Notes: a model not told the origin generated them from the letters alone. Counted from the whole stretch's first letter, positions 1-14,012 are shown. The stretch is 63,732 nt of DNA, filler included, from Octopus bimaculoides (GCF_001194135.2; 9 parts of 9 records of this genome joined end to end with filler, not necessarily neighbours in it), one strand, 5' to 3'. A program made the numbers and translations.

Positions 1-1574
1 ATATATATATACTCTTCTGTCAATACTCGTAATAATAGTACCATGTTATTTCAACAATATAGAGTTTTTGATAATAAATGATGTCTGTTGTATGAAAGAC
101 ATTGATATGACGTCATATTTAAGCGTAGACTGTCAGATTGTTGGGTTATCAAGGGTGATGTGTGACGTAGGAAGCTGTTATCTAAAAACAGAACTTTATA
201 GGCAGTTTGTTTTGAGCCATTACTGACTTGTCCTTGTATAAATATGCTGTTTAACCACAGGTTAACACTGATCCAATAGACCTGTGATCAAAAGCATTAA
301 ACTCTGATTATCCAGTCATTTTTTTCATGCACAATTCACCTAGGACTGCGCTTTCTAATATGCCTCACGTCTCCTAAGGCAATATCAGTCTGTGATTTGA
401 AGAAAGTTTGGTTGTTATTTCTCTATATCGAATGATTTCGCAGAAGTTCTTTTACAGCTTCATTGCAAAGTTAAATATTCTAGTTAGAGCGATGAGCGTG
501 TAGATACTGTGCTTTATAATAGAATAACTAATTAATGCAGTAATCAGTTGTTAATTGTTTCACCATAGAGACATATTAATCAGCAACATGAAGATTTACC
601 ACAAAAAACACTGGACATTTCTGTGTTATTAATCAGCTTGAAACAGATTCGAAATTTATCATCCGGTGAACAGTGCTACTTGTAAGCATGGATATACACC
701 GGCCAGTTGCCCGAGGGACTCATAGTTCAAATGGAAGCCCAATGCTAGGCATGCTGTAGCTTTCTGTCAATAAATAAATACTATAGACTCCAGGACATTG
801 CTTTATTCAGGGTCTATAATGCTGTTAATACTTTAATGCTGGTTGGTAATATAGACAGTTTTTGAAAAACGGAAATTTTTTTCCGTAATATCTAATTTGA
901 CTCTGTTTCATATTCCTATGAAATGAAAATGATATTTATTGTATCGAGAGGAGCGACTATAAGAGGTAACGATGATGATAAAGTAATTCTAATTGTAGGT
1001 TATTTTTTTTTTTTTTCATTATTTTTGACATAACCAATCAACATTTTACAGACACACGTTCCATGCTAAACATACTTTGTTGTCATGCATTAAAATGAAC
1101 AGGAAGGGCAAGATAAATGAAACATAACAAACAAGAAAGACGCTTCACAACAATGGATACATGATTGATGCATTTATTTACAGAATTTAACCCATTCAAG
1201 CTCTTATTTTTCGATAAGGTTTCGTCTGGTGTGAATTAGAGACTATCGATCAGATTTTCACTGAATTCTCTTAAGCCTCGTCAATTCCATCGTAGAACAA
1301 TGATTTCTCAGGAATCAAAACTATTTATCCGTTTGTTCAGTCGACGTTTATCTCACCAGATAAATCAGCAATCAAATAAAAACGAAGCAAAAAAAAAAAA
1401 AGAAAAAGAAAATTCAATTGATTGATCGTTCGTAACTGAGAATGAAAAAAAGAACTTCTGTGCAAACAAAAAAGGAAAAAACAAACAAACAAAACAGGTA
1501 AAACTGTCTAACTTTTATCGACGTTGAAGGTCAAACTTAAAAATAACAAAAACAAAGTCATTCAGTGAACGAAA

Positions 1575-1664
1575 ATGGCTGCTTCTTCTCCAGAAGTAAA
1601 TGATAAAAATAACATGTTTAGAAAGTCGTTAATGACATTGAAAATAGCTCTATTAAAATCTAAG
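1575..1664 (+). CDS. Possible first coding exon of an unidentified gene: MAASSPEVNDKNNMFRKSLMTLKIALLKSK
   Basis: ATG in good context (gaaaATGG), 30 open codons, AAG|gtcagt donor, non-repetitive surroundings; no downstream exon found. Confidence 0.3.
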
Positions 1665-2386
1665 GTCAGTGTAATTTGCTGGTTACTGATGTAATTTCTC
1701 GATAATTAAATGACTGAACTGAAGATAAAACAACCATTTTATCTAACATTCAATGAATATAATAGTTCGAAAATAGACTCATTATATTCTGTTACGCCAC
1801 AGTCTCCATCTATTTCTTCATATCTCACACAAGACAACGTCATGAACACAACACACTGAGCTTACCATGAACCACATTGTACAACATACGTATTTTATTG
1901 TATAGCATAGACACCACTTAATGTGTCGGAGTGTGTCGTTTTATGAAGTAGATCGTCTCCTTATATTCTATCATATCGTAACAATGAAGATGATGACGAT
2001 AATACTAACAGATCTTTCTATTATAAACAGAAGAGGCCTAAAATGTGTTCAGCAAGGACTTATTTTATCGACCCCCGAAAGGATGAAAGGCAAAGTCGAC
2101 TTGATGTCCTGTGTTCAAACGCCGCCGGGTCGAGTTTGCCATTCATCATTTGGGGGTCGATAAAATGAGTACCAGTTGAACACTGGGGTCGATGTAATCG
2201 ATTTACAAACTCACCGCCCCCACCCCGGAATTTCTGACCATGTGCAAAAATTTAAAGCCAATATATACACAACGTGTGGATTGGAAATAGAAAAATAAAT
2301 CATATAAAATAAAACTTACAATAATAAAAAAAAACAACGATCTAGCAGAAGCAGGGGTCATTATAGTCTCGTTCTTGAGGTATCTA

Positions 2387-3412
2387 TCTATGGCAGGCAT
2401 AAGCAAGCTTCCTCGAGAAGCGGGCCGTATGAGACATGGAGGGCCGCATGAGACATGGGGGGGGGAGCCTCATGAGACATGGCGGGCCTGATGAGACATA
2501 GCGGGACGCATGGGACATGGCGACGCATGGGACACGGCGACGCATGGGACATGGAGCCGCATGGGACATGGCACCGCATGGGACACGGCGTCGCATGGGA
2601 CACGGCGACGCATGGGACACGGCGTCGCATGGGACATGGCGCCGCATGGGACATGGCGTCGCATGGGACATGGCGTCGCATGGGACACGGCGACACATGG
2701 GACATGGCGACGCATGGGACACGGCGACGCATGGGACATGGCCCCGCATGGGACATGGCGCCGCATGGGACATGGCGCCGCATGGGACATGGCGCCGCAT
2801 GGGACATGGCATCGCATGGGACATGGCGCCGCATGGAACATGGCACCGCATGGGACATGGCGGGCCGGATGAGACATAGCGGGCCGATTGAGATATGATG
2901 GGACACATGAAACATGTAGGGCCGGATGANNNNNNNNNNNNNNNNNNNNNNNNNNNNNNNNNNNNNNNNNNNNNNNNNNNNNNNNNNNNNNNNNNNNNNN
3001 NNNNNNNNNNNNNNNNNNNNNNNNNNNNNNNNNNNNNNNNNNNNNNNNNNNNNNNNNNNNNNNNNNNNNNNNNNNNNNNNNNNNNNNNNNNNNNNNNNNN
3101 NNNNNNNNNNNNNNNNNNNNNNNNNNNNNNNNNNNNNNNNNNNNNNNNNNNNNNNNNNNNNNNNNNNNNNNNNNNNNNNCCGCATGGGACATGGCGCCGC
3201 ATGGGACATGGCATCGCATGGGACATGGCGCCGCATGGAACATGGCACCGCATGGGACATGGCGGGCCGGATGAGACATAGCGGGCCGATTGAGATATGA
3301 TGGGACACATGAAACATGTAGGGCCGGATGAGACATAGCGGGCGGCATGAGGCATAGCGGGCTGCATGAGACATAAGGGGCCGTATGAGATATGGCGGAA
3401 CACATGAGACAA
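2387..3412. repeat. GC-rich 17-bp minisatellite (consensus GCCGCATGGGACATGGC) with degenerate ~19-bp flanking units
   Basis: Tandem catgggacatggcgccg units with variants acg/tcg/ccg and cat/cac; interrupted by the N gap 2930-3179. Confidence 0.95.
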
Positions 3413-4403
3413 TGATCACGATTATGATGTTTTAATTTGGATCAAGCAGAAGAGAAAAGTTCATATAATTAATTGAATCGAGTGCACCAAATTCAAGAAA
3501 GGTCATTGTAAATAGATGAAGAGCAACGTAGGTGATTGGAATTGATCAAGATCAATAACATTTCATCGCAGACGAGAAGTTGCTGAAACAGAGTCGGAAA
3601 TAATTAATTTTTGATTAGATACATAGAAAAATACATAAATGTTTAAATACACTCTCTCTCTCTCTCACACACACACATACACACACACACAGAGTCTTCT
3701 CCGTAGAAACGAGAGTTGAAACATCTGGCCATACTATAAGGGAACAATAAGCTCGAATATGAATACATACATATATACAAGGACAAAATATAAATGTAGG
3801 TTACTATGACTGGAACAAGTGTATTGTAAATTACAAATAAACTGTGTCCCGTTCATTATATTGTATAATGTCCTTGTATAAAATATATTTGTCACAGAAC
3901 TATTGAACGTGACACATCAAGAACATTAAAAACATGTAAAACAGAAAGAAAAAATGGAATAAGCACAAACAAGAATAAAATGATTTTTATGGATTTTTTT
4001 TTTTTTTTCCTTTTTTGAAAACAACCAAGCAAAAACAGACGCTGAATCAATATCGAAAGTGTTGGATGGACGTATATTTTACTTCGCTCATTATGTTGTG
4101 TAATGAAATATCTTTCGTGTCACACCTCGCCGACTGGTTCCATTTTGAAAAACATTTCTGTGACAAAAATTGCATGAAAAAAAAATTTAATTAATAAAGT
4201 TGCTTCTTAGACATTAAAAAGGAAAAAGGGGGATTTTTATGGGTCTCTTCTTTTTCTTTTTCTTCTTTTTTTTTGCAATTACACCGTGGAAAAGCTATTG
4301 AATATCACACAAATTTGTTAAATTCGATTCAAATTTAAATCTATTTCATGAGGCTCGACNNNNNNNNNNNNNNNNNNNNNNNNNNNNNNNNNNNNNNNNN
4401 NNN

Positions 4404-4415
4404 TTAATTAATTAA
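4404..4415. other. Artificial assembly spacer TTAATTAATTAA (also 13430, 20682, 25371, 27835, 47439, 55963, 58160)
   Basis: Identical 12-mer with stops in all six frames, each centred in ~45-nt N runs on both sides. Confidence 0.95.
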
Positions 4416-4955
4416 NNNNNNNNNNNNNNNNNNNNNNNNNNNNNNNNNNNNNNNNNNNNTATCTATCTATCATTCTGTCTGTCTGTCTGTCTGTCTTCTG
4501 TCTGCCTATCTGCCTGTCTGTCTCTCTGTCTGTCTGTGTAGCCATCTATTTGTTTAGTCTTTTTACATCTACCTGGGGTAGATTTTGGTTACATTCCTGT
4601 TCTTGATTTTTTTCCATTAGCTTTTGTTTGATAAGGTGCGATTTTTTTTACCCGAGGTATTCCAAACGTTTTTTGCGTGCATTTGTAGCTGTAAGTAAAT
4701 AGAACACACACATACACACACACAGACACACACACACACACACATATGCGCACACATGCACACATACACACACACTCACGCACACATTTACACGCCCACA
4801 TACATGCACACACACGCACACAAACAGACGCGCACGCACACACGTCTGTATACGCATATATGCATATATGTATATATGTATTTATGCAGATATATATATG
4901 CCCATATATATGTTTGCATATTCATATATTTGTACATTTATAATCTATCTATATA

Positions 4956-4988
<33 letters not shown>

Positions 4989-4998
4989 NNNNNNNNNN

Positions 4999-5040
<42 letters not shown>

Positions 5041-5688
5041 CTTTACGGACGTAGTAGAGTACAAAATAGAGTTCGTTCCCACTTAGAATGACCGATAGTT
5101 TTACATCATACAACCAAGTCTAGGATTAAGCATTCAACGTGTGTGAAAATAAATTGAATAAAATAGAGTCGTGTTTATTAAATAGCTGTCTAACTGTATA
5201 CCTTCTTGTTGACTCTAGTTAAACACACACACACACACACACGCACACATGCACACATACACACACACACGCATATACGACGAGCTTCTTTCAGTTTCCG
5301 TCTAAAAATCCAGTGACAAGGCTTTGATCGACTCGAGGCTATAGTTGAAGACACTTGCCCAAGATGCCACGCAGTGGGACTGAACCCGTAATCATTTGGT
5401 TGATAAGCAAGCTACTTACCACACAGTCTCTTCTACGCCTATATATATATATATATATATATACATATATANNNNNNNNNNNNNNNNNNNNNNNNNNNNN
5501 NNNNNNNNNNNNNNNNNNNNNNNNNNNNNNNNNNNNNNNNNNNNNNNNNNNNNNNNNNNNNNNNNNNNNNNNNNNNNNNNNNNNNNNNNNNNNNNNNNNN
5601 NNNNNNNNNNNNNNNNNNNNNNNNNNNNNNNNNNNNNNNNNNNNNNNNNNNNNNNNNNNNNNNNNNNNNNNNNNNNNNNNNNNNNNNN

Positions 5689-5751
<63 letters not shown>

Positions 5752-6335
5752 GATATATACAATATCAACCGCACATACTCATTGTATGCGTTTTGCTTGA
5801 ACGCTGGAAGTAGCGCCCTGGGGACGATCCCCATTACACAGGGTGTTAAAACATCTGATAGTCATATAGTCAGGCGGGACAACTCACCCTCAATCCCATT
5901 AAGGAATGATGGAAATCGCTGTTTCGCTATTACTGTGGCGGAATCGAAACCACGTTCCTGAATCGAAACGAGGACGTACCGAATTGCCAGTCGATGACAA
6001 TATGCTAATGGTGCAAGAAGTGTTTGCTGCTATGCCACGACGATGCACGTAAAATTAAATTCATAATTTAATTTGCAATATATATATATATTGTTCGTTC
6101 CGTTGTCTGTAGTTCATTGTTCTAACGTCCTGTACCCTGATATGCATCTATATACACATGTAGATGAAAGCATATACATATATGTGTGTATACATGCATA
6201 TATATTTTTTGTATTATATATTTATATATATATATATATATATGAGAGTCTGTACGAGAGTGTTTGTAGACACACACACACACACACATATATATATACA
6301 TACTTATATACATATATTTATACATATATGTATGC

Positions 6336-6421
<86 letters not shown>

Positions 6422-7055
6422 ATATATATACTTTTAAACGCTTGTGTCCGCCGTTTTAATGGTAGATGTTAAAATTTGTAATATTGATGTTGGTGTTTGT
6501 GGTAGAGGAGTAAATGCACAGTTTGTTGCCAGAAAAATGTGTGTATGTGTGGTGGAGTGTTTCTATGGTATTGTCGTCTGTATGCATGTATGTATTTATG
6601 TGATTGTGTGTGTGTGTATGTATGTATGTATGTATGCATACGTGCGAAGAAATACTATTTGTTGCTTTGGACAAAAGCTACCCACGTTTTCTCGCTTTTT
6701 TTTTTTTTTTACAAAATAACCACCAGTAACTAAATATACCAACCAATAAGACAAATTCCTGATTACAAGAAGAAAGCAAAGTCTAAACTATACAATTGTA
6801 TTAAGAAATATAAACGGAAAGAAAGCAGAGTCTTTGAAACCTGCAGCGATAACGCATGAGAAAGTACACTTAACACACAATCCTGCATAAATTCTTGCTG
6901 ACCAGAAAACGGTAAATAATTGTACGAACCGGAACACAAGACCGGCAAACTCGCGAAACGTGCGTCACAGAACCGATGAAATTTTATCGCTCTAAATAAA
7001 GCATTGACGACTCGGTGTGTGTGTATATATCTATGTATATATATANNNNNNNNNN

Positions 7056-7094
<39 letters not shown>

Positions 7095-7414
7095 GAATAT
7101 ATACACACATACACACTCCACACTCACATATTCACATATATACATGCGTAGATGCATGTTTATATGTATATATATATATGCATGCGTCTATTTTCTTGTG
7201 TATATATACCCACGCGCATACAAAGTTTTAAATATATTCTGGAGAATATACACTTCATTGAACATTTAGATTATGCAAAACATGCCGCTTAGCGCATCAA
7301 TAATCGATTAATACAATTAACAAATATATGTGCTTGTATACGTGCTTATGTATATGTGTGTGTATATGTGTGTATATGTGTATATGTATATGTATGTATA
7401 TATATGTACATATG

Positions 7415-7447
<33 letters not shown>

Positions 7448-7815
7448 CTATATATATATAATAAGCACATACATTTATATAAATGTATGTGTGGGTGTGG
7501 GTGTGTGTGAGGTGTACATTTGAAAATGTATTGGGAATAGATAAACGACTTTTACAGAACATAAATAGCAAAAGTGATAATGTTAATATACAGGAATTAA
7601 TTATAGTCTTTTTCATTTAATCAATTATTCATTCGTTTATTATTGTTCAACTGGCCCTCCATTTTGTATTTATTTATTTATTTTCTTATTTATATATTAT
7701 GTGATTTCACTACAAAGCCGGGTGTCACTGTGTAATTAATGTGCGGGCGCTGTTTTCTTTTTCTCATTTGTCCATGCTTTGTAAATATATACGTATACGG
7801 AGAGGAAGAAAAAGA

Positions 7816-7929
<114 letters not shown>

Positions 7930-8233
7930 CAGATACAGAGACAAGGAGAGATATTGTCTCTGAGTTGTGTGCATGTGTAATTATATGCATAGACAAGGCT
8001 AATACAGTGTCAAAACTAAACCCAGGTTCTGGGTTTAGATTTGCTGTGCAATATTATGGGCAGATCCTCCGTTGTCCCGTAGCTATAGCTTCATATTGCT
8101 GACCGGAATGAAGTAGCCAAGCACACGGACAGAGAGGAATCGCCCTGTACACTCAAAACATACACACATGCATACATGCACAAATACACACAGACTTACA
8201 CAAACATACACATACACAATATATAGGTTTACA

Positions 8234-8266
<33 letters not shown>

Positions 8267-8267
<1 letters not shown>

Positions 8268-8338
8268 GGTTGTACATATACTATAAAATTGGAACGATAT
8301 AGGGAAGATTAGCATGGCCCCTGCACATCGATGAACAC
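8267..8338 (+). pseudogene. U6: U6 snRNA fragment (retro-pseudogene) fused to a SINE tail
   Basis: acatatacta(ta)aaattggaacgatatagggaagattagcatggcccctgcaca..gatga matches the U6 core; the ACAGAGA box reads ATAGGGA; both U6 ends are missing. Confidence 0.85.
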
Positions 8339-8858
8339 TGGGGTCGATGTAATGGACTCATCCCCACCTCCCCCAAGCTGCCCTTGAGGCAAAAATTTGA
8401 AATAATAATAATAATAATGGTATAAAAAAATGGGCTACAGCAATTTTTTCTGCTAAATACCACAGATTTGCTTGTCAGTTGCTTGACCTTAACCAGTTGA
8501 GCATGTCCCTTGGTAACTGACGATATGTGCATCCCTGATCATGAGCAGAAGTATTGGGGGAGCATCATAGCCATGTGTTGAGAGGAATTCTTTGGGGTTT
8601 GAATAATTCACCTCTGGAAACCTGGGTGTTTTGTTCAACATCCTTAAAGAAACCTTATTCAGGGACCTTTTGAGCAGGATGGGCTACTCGACCGGAAGAA
8701 AATTCTAACTGGGCTCCACCTGCAAAGTCATGTGCTGTCTATCTTGATATGAGATCACCATGTCATGCACATATGGTTGTGATGCATGTGCCTGGTGTAC
8801 TCTTATCAGACGGGTAGTCATGATGGGTATACTGGGCTTCGTATATTTGTCCCCCACT

Positions 8859-8889
<31 letters not shown>

Positions 8890-9628
8890 AATGATGATGA
8901 TGATGATAATGATGATAATGATGATGATGATAATAATAATAATAATAATAATTATCATTATTATTATTATTATTATTATCATTATTTATTTATTTATTTA
9001 TATATTTAGTAGCATTTTGACCATCTTTTTAACTTTCAGAGTTCAAATTCCGTTGAGGTCGTCTTTACCTTTGCATCCTTTCGAGGTCGATATAATAAAG
9101 TACCATTGAAATACTGGGGTCGATGAAATCGAGTAACCGCCCCCCCCCCAAAAAAAATTTCAGGCCTCATACAATGGATTATTGTTGGTGGTGGTGGTGG
9201 TGATGTTGTTTCTGTTGTTGTTGCTGTTGTTATATATTCTTAATCTTACTACTTCTAATCCGGATCTTCTTAAGATATATTCTCTCTCCCGATGGAATGT
9301 TTGATTGCCGCCTGTGTCTACGTATCTGGCAAATTATGTTCACACGTACACACGTCTGCATGTAAATTATATATGCCCCTGTGCACGTATATAGACGCCA
9401 TATCCAAGCAGGCGACCTCTCATAATTCCGATCAGATTCTTTAAATATATTCTACTAATATGAAACGTCGCACCAACCAGCCCTCCCTCACCACCGCATC
9501 CGCCATATTTCATTGAGAATACACTTGACTGTCCGAGATAATTTGTGAAGGTATAGAGTCCAGACTATCAGACACAGGTAGTTTATATCGATATTCAGCG
9601 ACTCTCGCACACAAACACACATATATGT

Positions 9629-10030
9629 GCAGGAGTGGCTGTGTGGTAAGTAGCTTGCTTACCAACCACATGGTTCCGGGTTCAGTCTCACTGCGTTGCA
9701 CCTTGGACAAGTGTCTTCTGCTATAGCCTCGAGCCGACCAAAGTCTTGTGAGTAGATTTGGTAGACGGAAACTGAAAGAAGCTCGTCGTATATATGTATA
9801 TACATATATATATGTGCGTGTGTTTGTGTGTCTGTATTCTCCCACACACACACATCGCTTGACATGAAATGTTGGTGTGTTTACGTCCCCGTAATATAGC
9901 GGTTCGGCAAAAAGAGACCGATAGAATAAGTACTAGGCTTACAAAAAATAAGTCCTGGGGCGATTTGCTCGACTAAAAGGTGGTGTTCCAGCATGGCCGC
10001 AGTCAAATGACTGAAACAACTAAAAGAATA
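9629..10030 (+). mobile_element. SINE family with head gcaggagtggctgtgtggtaag; fragments at ~5278-5436(-), 17254-17400, 23618-23745, 40936-41165, 46825-47015, 57722-58050, 58245-58440, 60652-60745, 61221-61325
   Basis: Repeated blocks caccttgggcaagtgtcttctactatagc, ggtagacggaaactgaaagaagccc and cggtgctccagcatggcc(g/a)cagtc. Confidence 0.9.
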
Positions 10031-10107
10031 ATTATTATTCAGGTTGCTGCCTGGAATCGAACTCGGAATATTGGGGTTTGTAGCCCGCGCTCTTAACCAT
10101 AGCTACC
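10031..10107 (-). mobile_element. tRNA-derived SINE head (same family as 62812-63072), 3' module absent
   Basis: A-box-like tagctatggttaag and B box gagttcgattcc, followed by aataataat. Confidence 0.7.
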
Positions 10108-10671
10108 GTCTACTTTCAATCATTGGGGATTGTTTGCAAAATCGTTGCTTTCATTCAAAAATCGTCACAGACTTTTTTTTATATATTTTGAATACAATCC
10201 ACGTAAATGTCAAATTTGCTTCTCATTCCCTTGAGGATGGCCCTTGAAAATAACGCACCAAACAAGAAATAGGGTCCACATGATATTTCTAGAAATTATC
10301 CTGGCTATGAAGAAATTTGTAACGTAAGACGGGGCCAGATGGTTGAGTGAAATTTGAGAGAAATATGGCTGCCTAAAGTTTGTATCAGAATAGTCACGTC
10401 ATAAGCTTCGAACTCATAAGATTGTTCCGTAATATAGAGTTGCTAATGATGTAAACCCGAACGTCAGCCAATAGGAGTAGAGCTGTGATAGAAAATATTG
10501 TAGCTAGGGTAGAAAATAAAATAAAATAAATAAAAATAAAAGCTGCACATACGAATGGACACACAAATCTACGTAGAAACGCAAAAGTATTAAGATGCAA
10601 ATACACACAAGCAAACATACATACATGCATACATCGTTGAATATGTATATACGTACGTTTATATAAATGCA

Positions 10672-10717
<46 letters not shown>

Positions 10718-11070
10718 NNNNNNNNNNNNNNNNNNNNNNNNNNNNNNNNNNNNNNNNNNNNNNNNNNNNNNNNNNNNNNNNNNNNNNNNNNNNNNNNNNN
10801 NNNNNNNNNNNNNNNNNNNNNNNNNNNNNNNNNNNNNNNNNNNNNNNNNNNNNNNNNNNNNNNNNNNNNNNNNNNNNNNNNNNNNNNNNNNNNNNNNNNN
10901 NNNNNNNNNNNNNNNNNNNNNNNNNNNNNNNNNNNNNNNNNNNNNNNNNNNNNNNNNNNNNNNNNNNNNNNNNNNNNNNNNNNNNNNNNNNNNNNNNNNN
11001 NNNNNNNNNNNNNNNNNNNNNNNNNNNNNNNNNNNNNNNNNNNNNNNATATATATATTACATATATAGGC

Positions 11071-11110
<40 letters not shown>

Positions 11111-11809
11111 TTAGATATATTTCCTAAAGTATATTGCAAATATTTGGTTTGTGTTGTGGGTATATGCCTATATATATTCATATAAGGGAGAGTCTACATA
11201 AGTATGTATATACGAACATATATGCATGTTCCCTTCATTTTCATGTCTCTCACTTCTGCCTTTTTCTCACAAACAACATATATACAAGAATGTATATATA
11301 CATAGATATATATCTATATATACTTTATATATATGCGGGCATACTAATAATATATACATGTATGTATCTGCATATATATATATACATACATATATATATA
11401 CATACGCATATATAAGTGTATATATATATGTATATGTATGTATAATTAGGTAGATAAATAGATTGGAATTTATTTTTGGACACAGGTATATACACGCGCG
11501 CGCACACAGCCATTTCGGCGTGAAAGCATATGTACCGCGATTATGCATATAAGCAAGAATAATTCAGTTTGAAGACATCTCACGTGATTCTTATTCTTGT
11601 CTTATATTATCGTAACTGTTTCGCGTATAATACGCACACACACGCACGAACACAAACACATACACACACACATGCATATGTATATATATCAAACAATATT
11701 CATATATATGCATCTATTTATATTTATATACATGCAACTCTAAACATACTTCAACACACATATATAAATATATATATGTGTGTGTATGTTTGTGTATCTG
11801 CGTATGGCT

Positions 11810-11857
<48 letters not shown>

Positions 11858-12759
11858 NNNNNNNNNNNNNNNNNNNNNNNNNNNNNNNNNNNNNNNNNNN
11901 NNNNNNNNNNNNNNNNNNNNNNNNNNNNNNNNNNNNNNNNNNNNNNNNNNNNNNNNNNNNNNNNNNNNNNNNNNNNNNNNNNNNNNNNNNNNNNNNNNNN
12001 NNNNNNNNNNNNNNNNNNNNNNNNNNNNNNNNNNNNNNNNNNNNNNNNNNNNNNNNNNNNNNNNNNNNNNNNNNNNNNNNNNNNNNNNNNNNNNNNNNNN
12101 NNNNNNNNNNNNNNNNNNNNNNNNNNNNNNNNNNNNNNNNNNNNNNNNNNNNNNNNNNNNNNNNNNNNNNNNNNNNNNNNNNNNNNNNNNNNNNNNNNNN
12201 NNNNNNNNNNNNNNNNNNNNNNNNNNNNNNNNNNNNNNNNNNNNNNNNNNNNNNNNNNNNNNNNNNNNNNNNNNNNNNNNNNNNNNNNNNNNNNNNNNNN
12301 NNNNNNNNNNNNNNNNNNNNNNNNNNNNNNNNNNNNNNNNNNNNNNNNNNNNNNNNNNNNNNNNNNNNNNNNNNNNNNNNNNNNNNNNNNNNNNNNNNNN
12401 NNNNNNNNNNNNNNNNNNNNNNNNNNNNNNNNNNNNNNNNNNNNNNNNNNNNNNNNNNNNNNNNNNNNNNNNNNNNNNNNNNNNNNNNNNNNNNNNNNNN
12501 NNNNNNNNNNNNNNNNNNNNNNNNNNNNNNNNNNNNNNNNNNNNNNNNNNNNNNNNNNNNNNNNNNNNNNNNNNNNNNNNNNNNNNNNNNNNNNNNNNNN
12601 NNNNNNNNNNNNNNNNNNNNNNNNNTATATATATATATATATATATATATTTAATTAGATTTATATCTGTATATGTGTGTGCGTGTGCGTGTAATTAGAT
12701 ATATACCTGTATATACAAATACATATATGTATAAATAAATATATTTATATATATAGATA

Positions 12760-12790
<31 letters not shown>

Positions 12791-13265
12791 CTGTATATAT
12801 ACGTACTGTACATATAGTTATACATCTATATACATATACACATATACATTTGCGGTTTATGCGTGTTCATACTTCTATGTCTGTCTGTCTGTATGTATGT
12901 ATGTATGCATGTATGTATGTTCACAGACGATAGAGAAAAGCGTATGTGTATACACAATGTGTTGCTCAGCTTGTCATTCTTTGCCATTTCATCGGTTCTG
13001 AACAGTAATTTTCTAATGCATCCCACATTTACACAATAATACAACATACACTCCGCCTCGAGCGATCTTAGGCGAACGCCTCTACATGCAGGACAACGTA
13101 TCGGTAGATCTACGTATCTAGGTATGTATGCATGTACCTACATATGTATGCGTGTATGTGTGTTTATATATATATGTATGCGTATGTACATATATGCATA
13201 TTTGCATGGATATATATATATACATATACATATATATGTATATGTACATATATATGTATATATAT

Positions 13266-13313
<48 letters not shown>

Positions 13314-13485
13314 GCATATATATATGCATATATATATATGCATGTATATATATATGTATATATGCACATATATATGTATATATATNNNNNNNNNNNNNNN
13401 NNNNNNNNNNNNNNNNNNNNNNNNNNNNNTTAATTAATTAANNNNNNNNNNNNNNNNNNNNNNNNNNNNNNNNNNNNNNNNNNNN

Positions 13486-13536
<51 letters not shown>

Positions 13537-13638
13537 GCACGCACACATACATACACGCACTAATATAGAACTGTAAAAATTGTACTCAACACTGCATTGG
13601 TAGATAAATATTCTTTATTTGTTGGCAAACAAGGCTAC

Positions 13639-13764
13639 CAATTGTTTCATGCCGCTAGAAATCTCTCTACGATTATCAAGCCTGCTACATGAAGACATTG
13701 GTAGTCGTTCCCATGTGGCAGGCTTGATAATTGTAGTGAGATTTCTTTCTACATGAAACCATTG
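13639..13764 (+). other. Long RNA-hairpin-forming inverted repeat (35-bp core stem)
   Basis: 13657-13691 pairs with 13712-13746: 32 WC, 2 G-U, 1 U-U; 20-nt loop; outer 13-bp extension with 12/13 matches. Confidence 0.85.
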
Positions 13765-14012
13765 CCCCAAAATGGGACAATGGATGTAAAAAAAACAAAT
13801 AAAGCAAAGGGTTATTTAGGTTACGTTTTATTTGTGAAATACTATTGTTTTCAATTTGCTGCAGAAAATGGTCTATGTCTGTGCTGGTGAGTGGAACTAG
13901 GGGCACTGGGGAGCACTAGGAATGTGGCCTTAGGACCAAAGGAACGACGGCCTGAAAAAGTTTGGGAACCACTACTTTAGACCAATCAACATTTAGAACA
14001 TTTCTGCCTTTA

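Noticed and set aside
2778-3331. Exact ~150-bp direct repeat (2778-2929 versus 3180-3331)
   Set aside because: Identical copies flank an N gap: likely an unmerged contig overlap.
2384-3419. Long Cys/His/Pro-rich ORFs on both strands (up to 343 aa)
   Set aside because: Translations of a stop-free 17-bp minisatellite spanning an N gap; open in every frame, so not evidence of coding.
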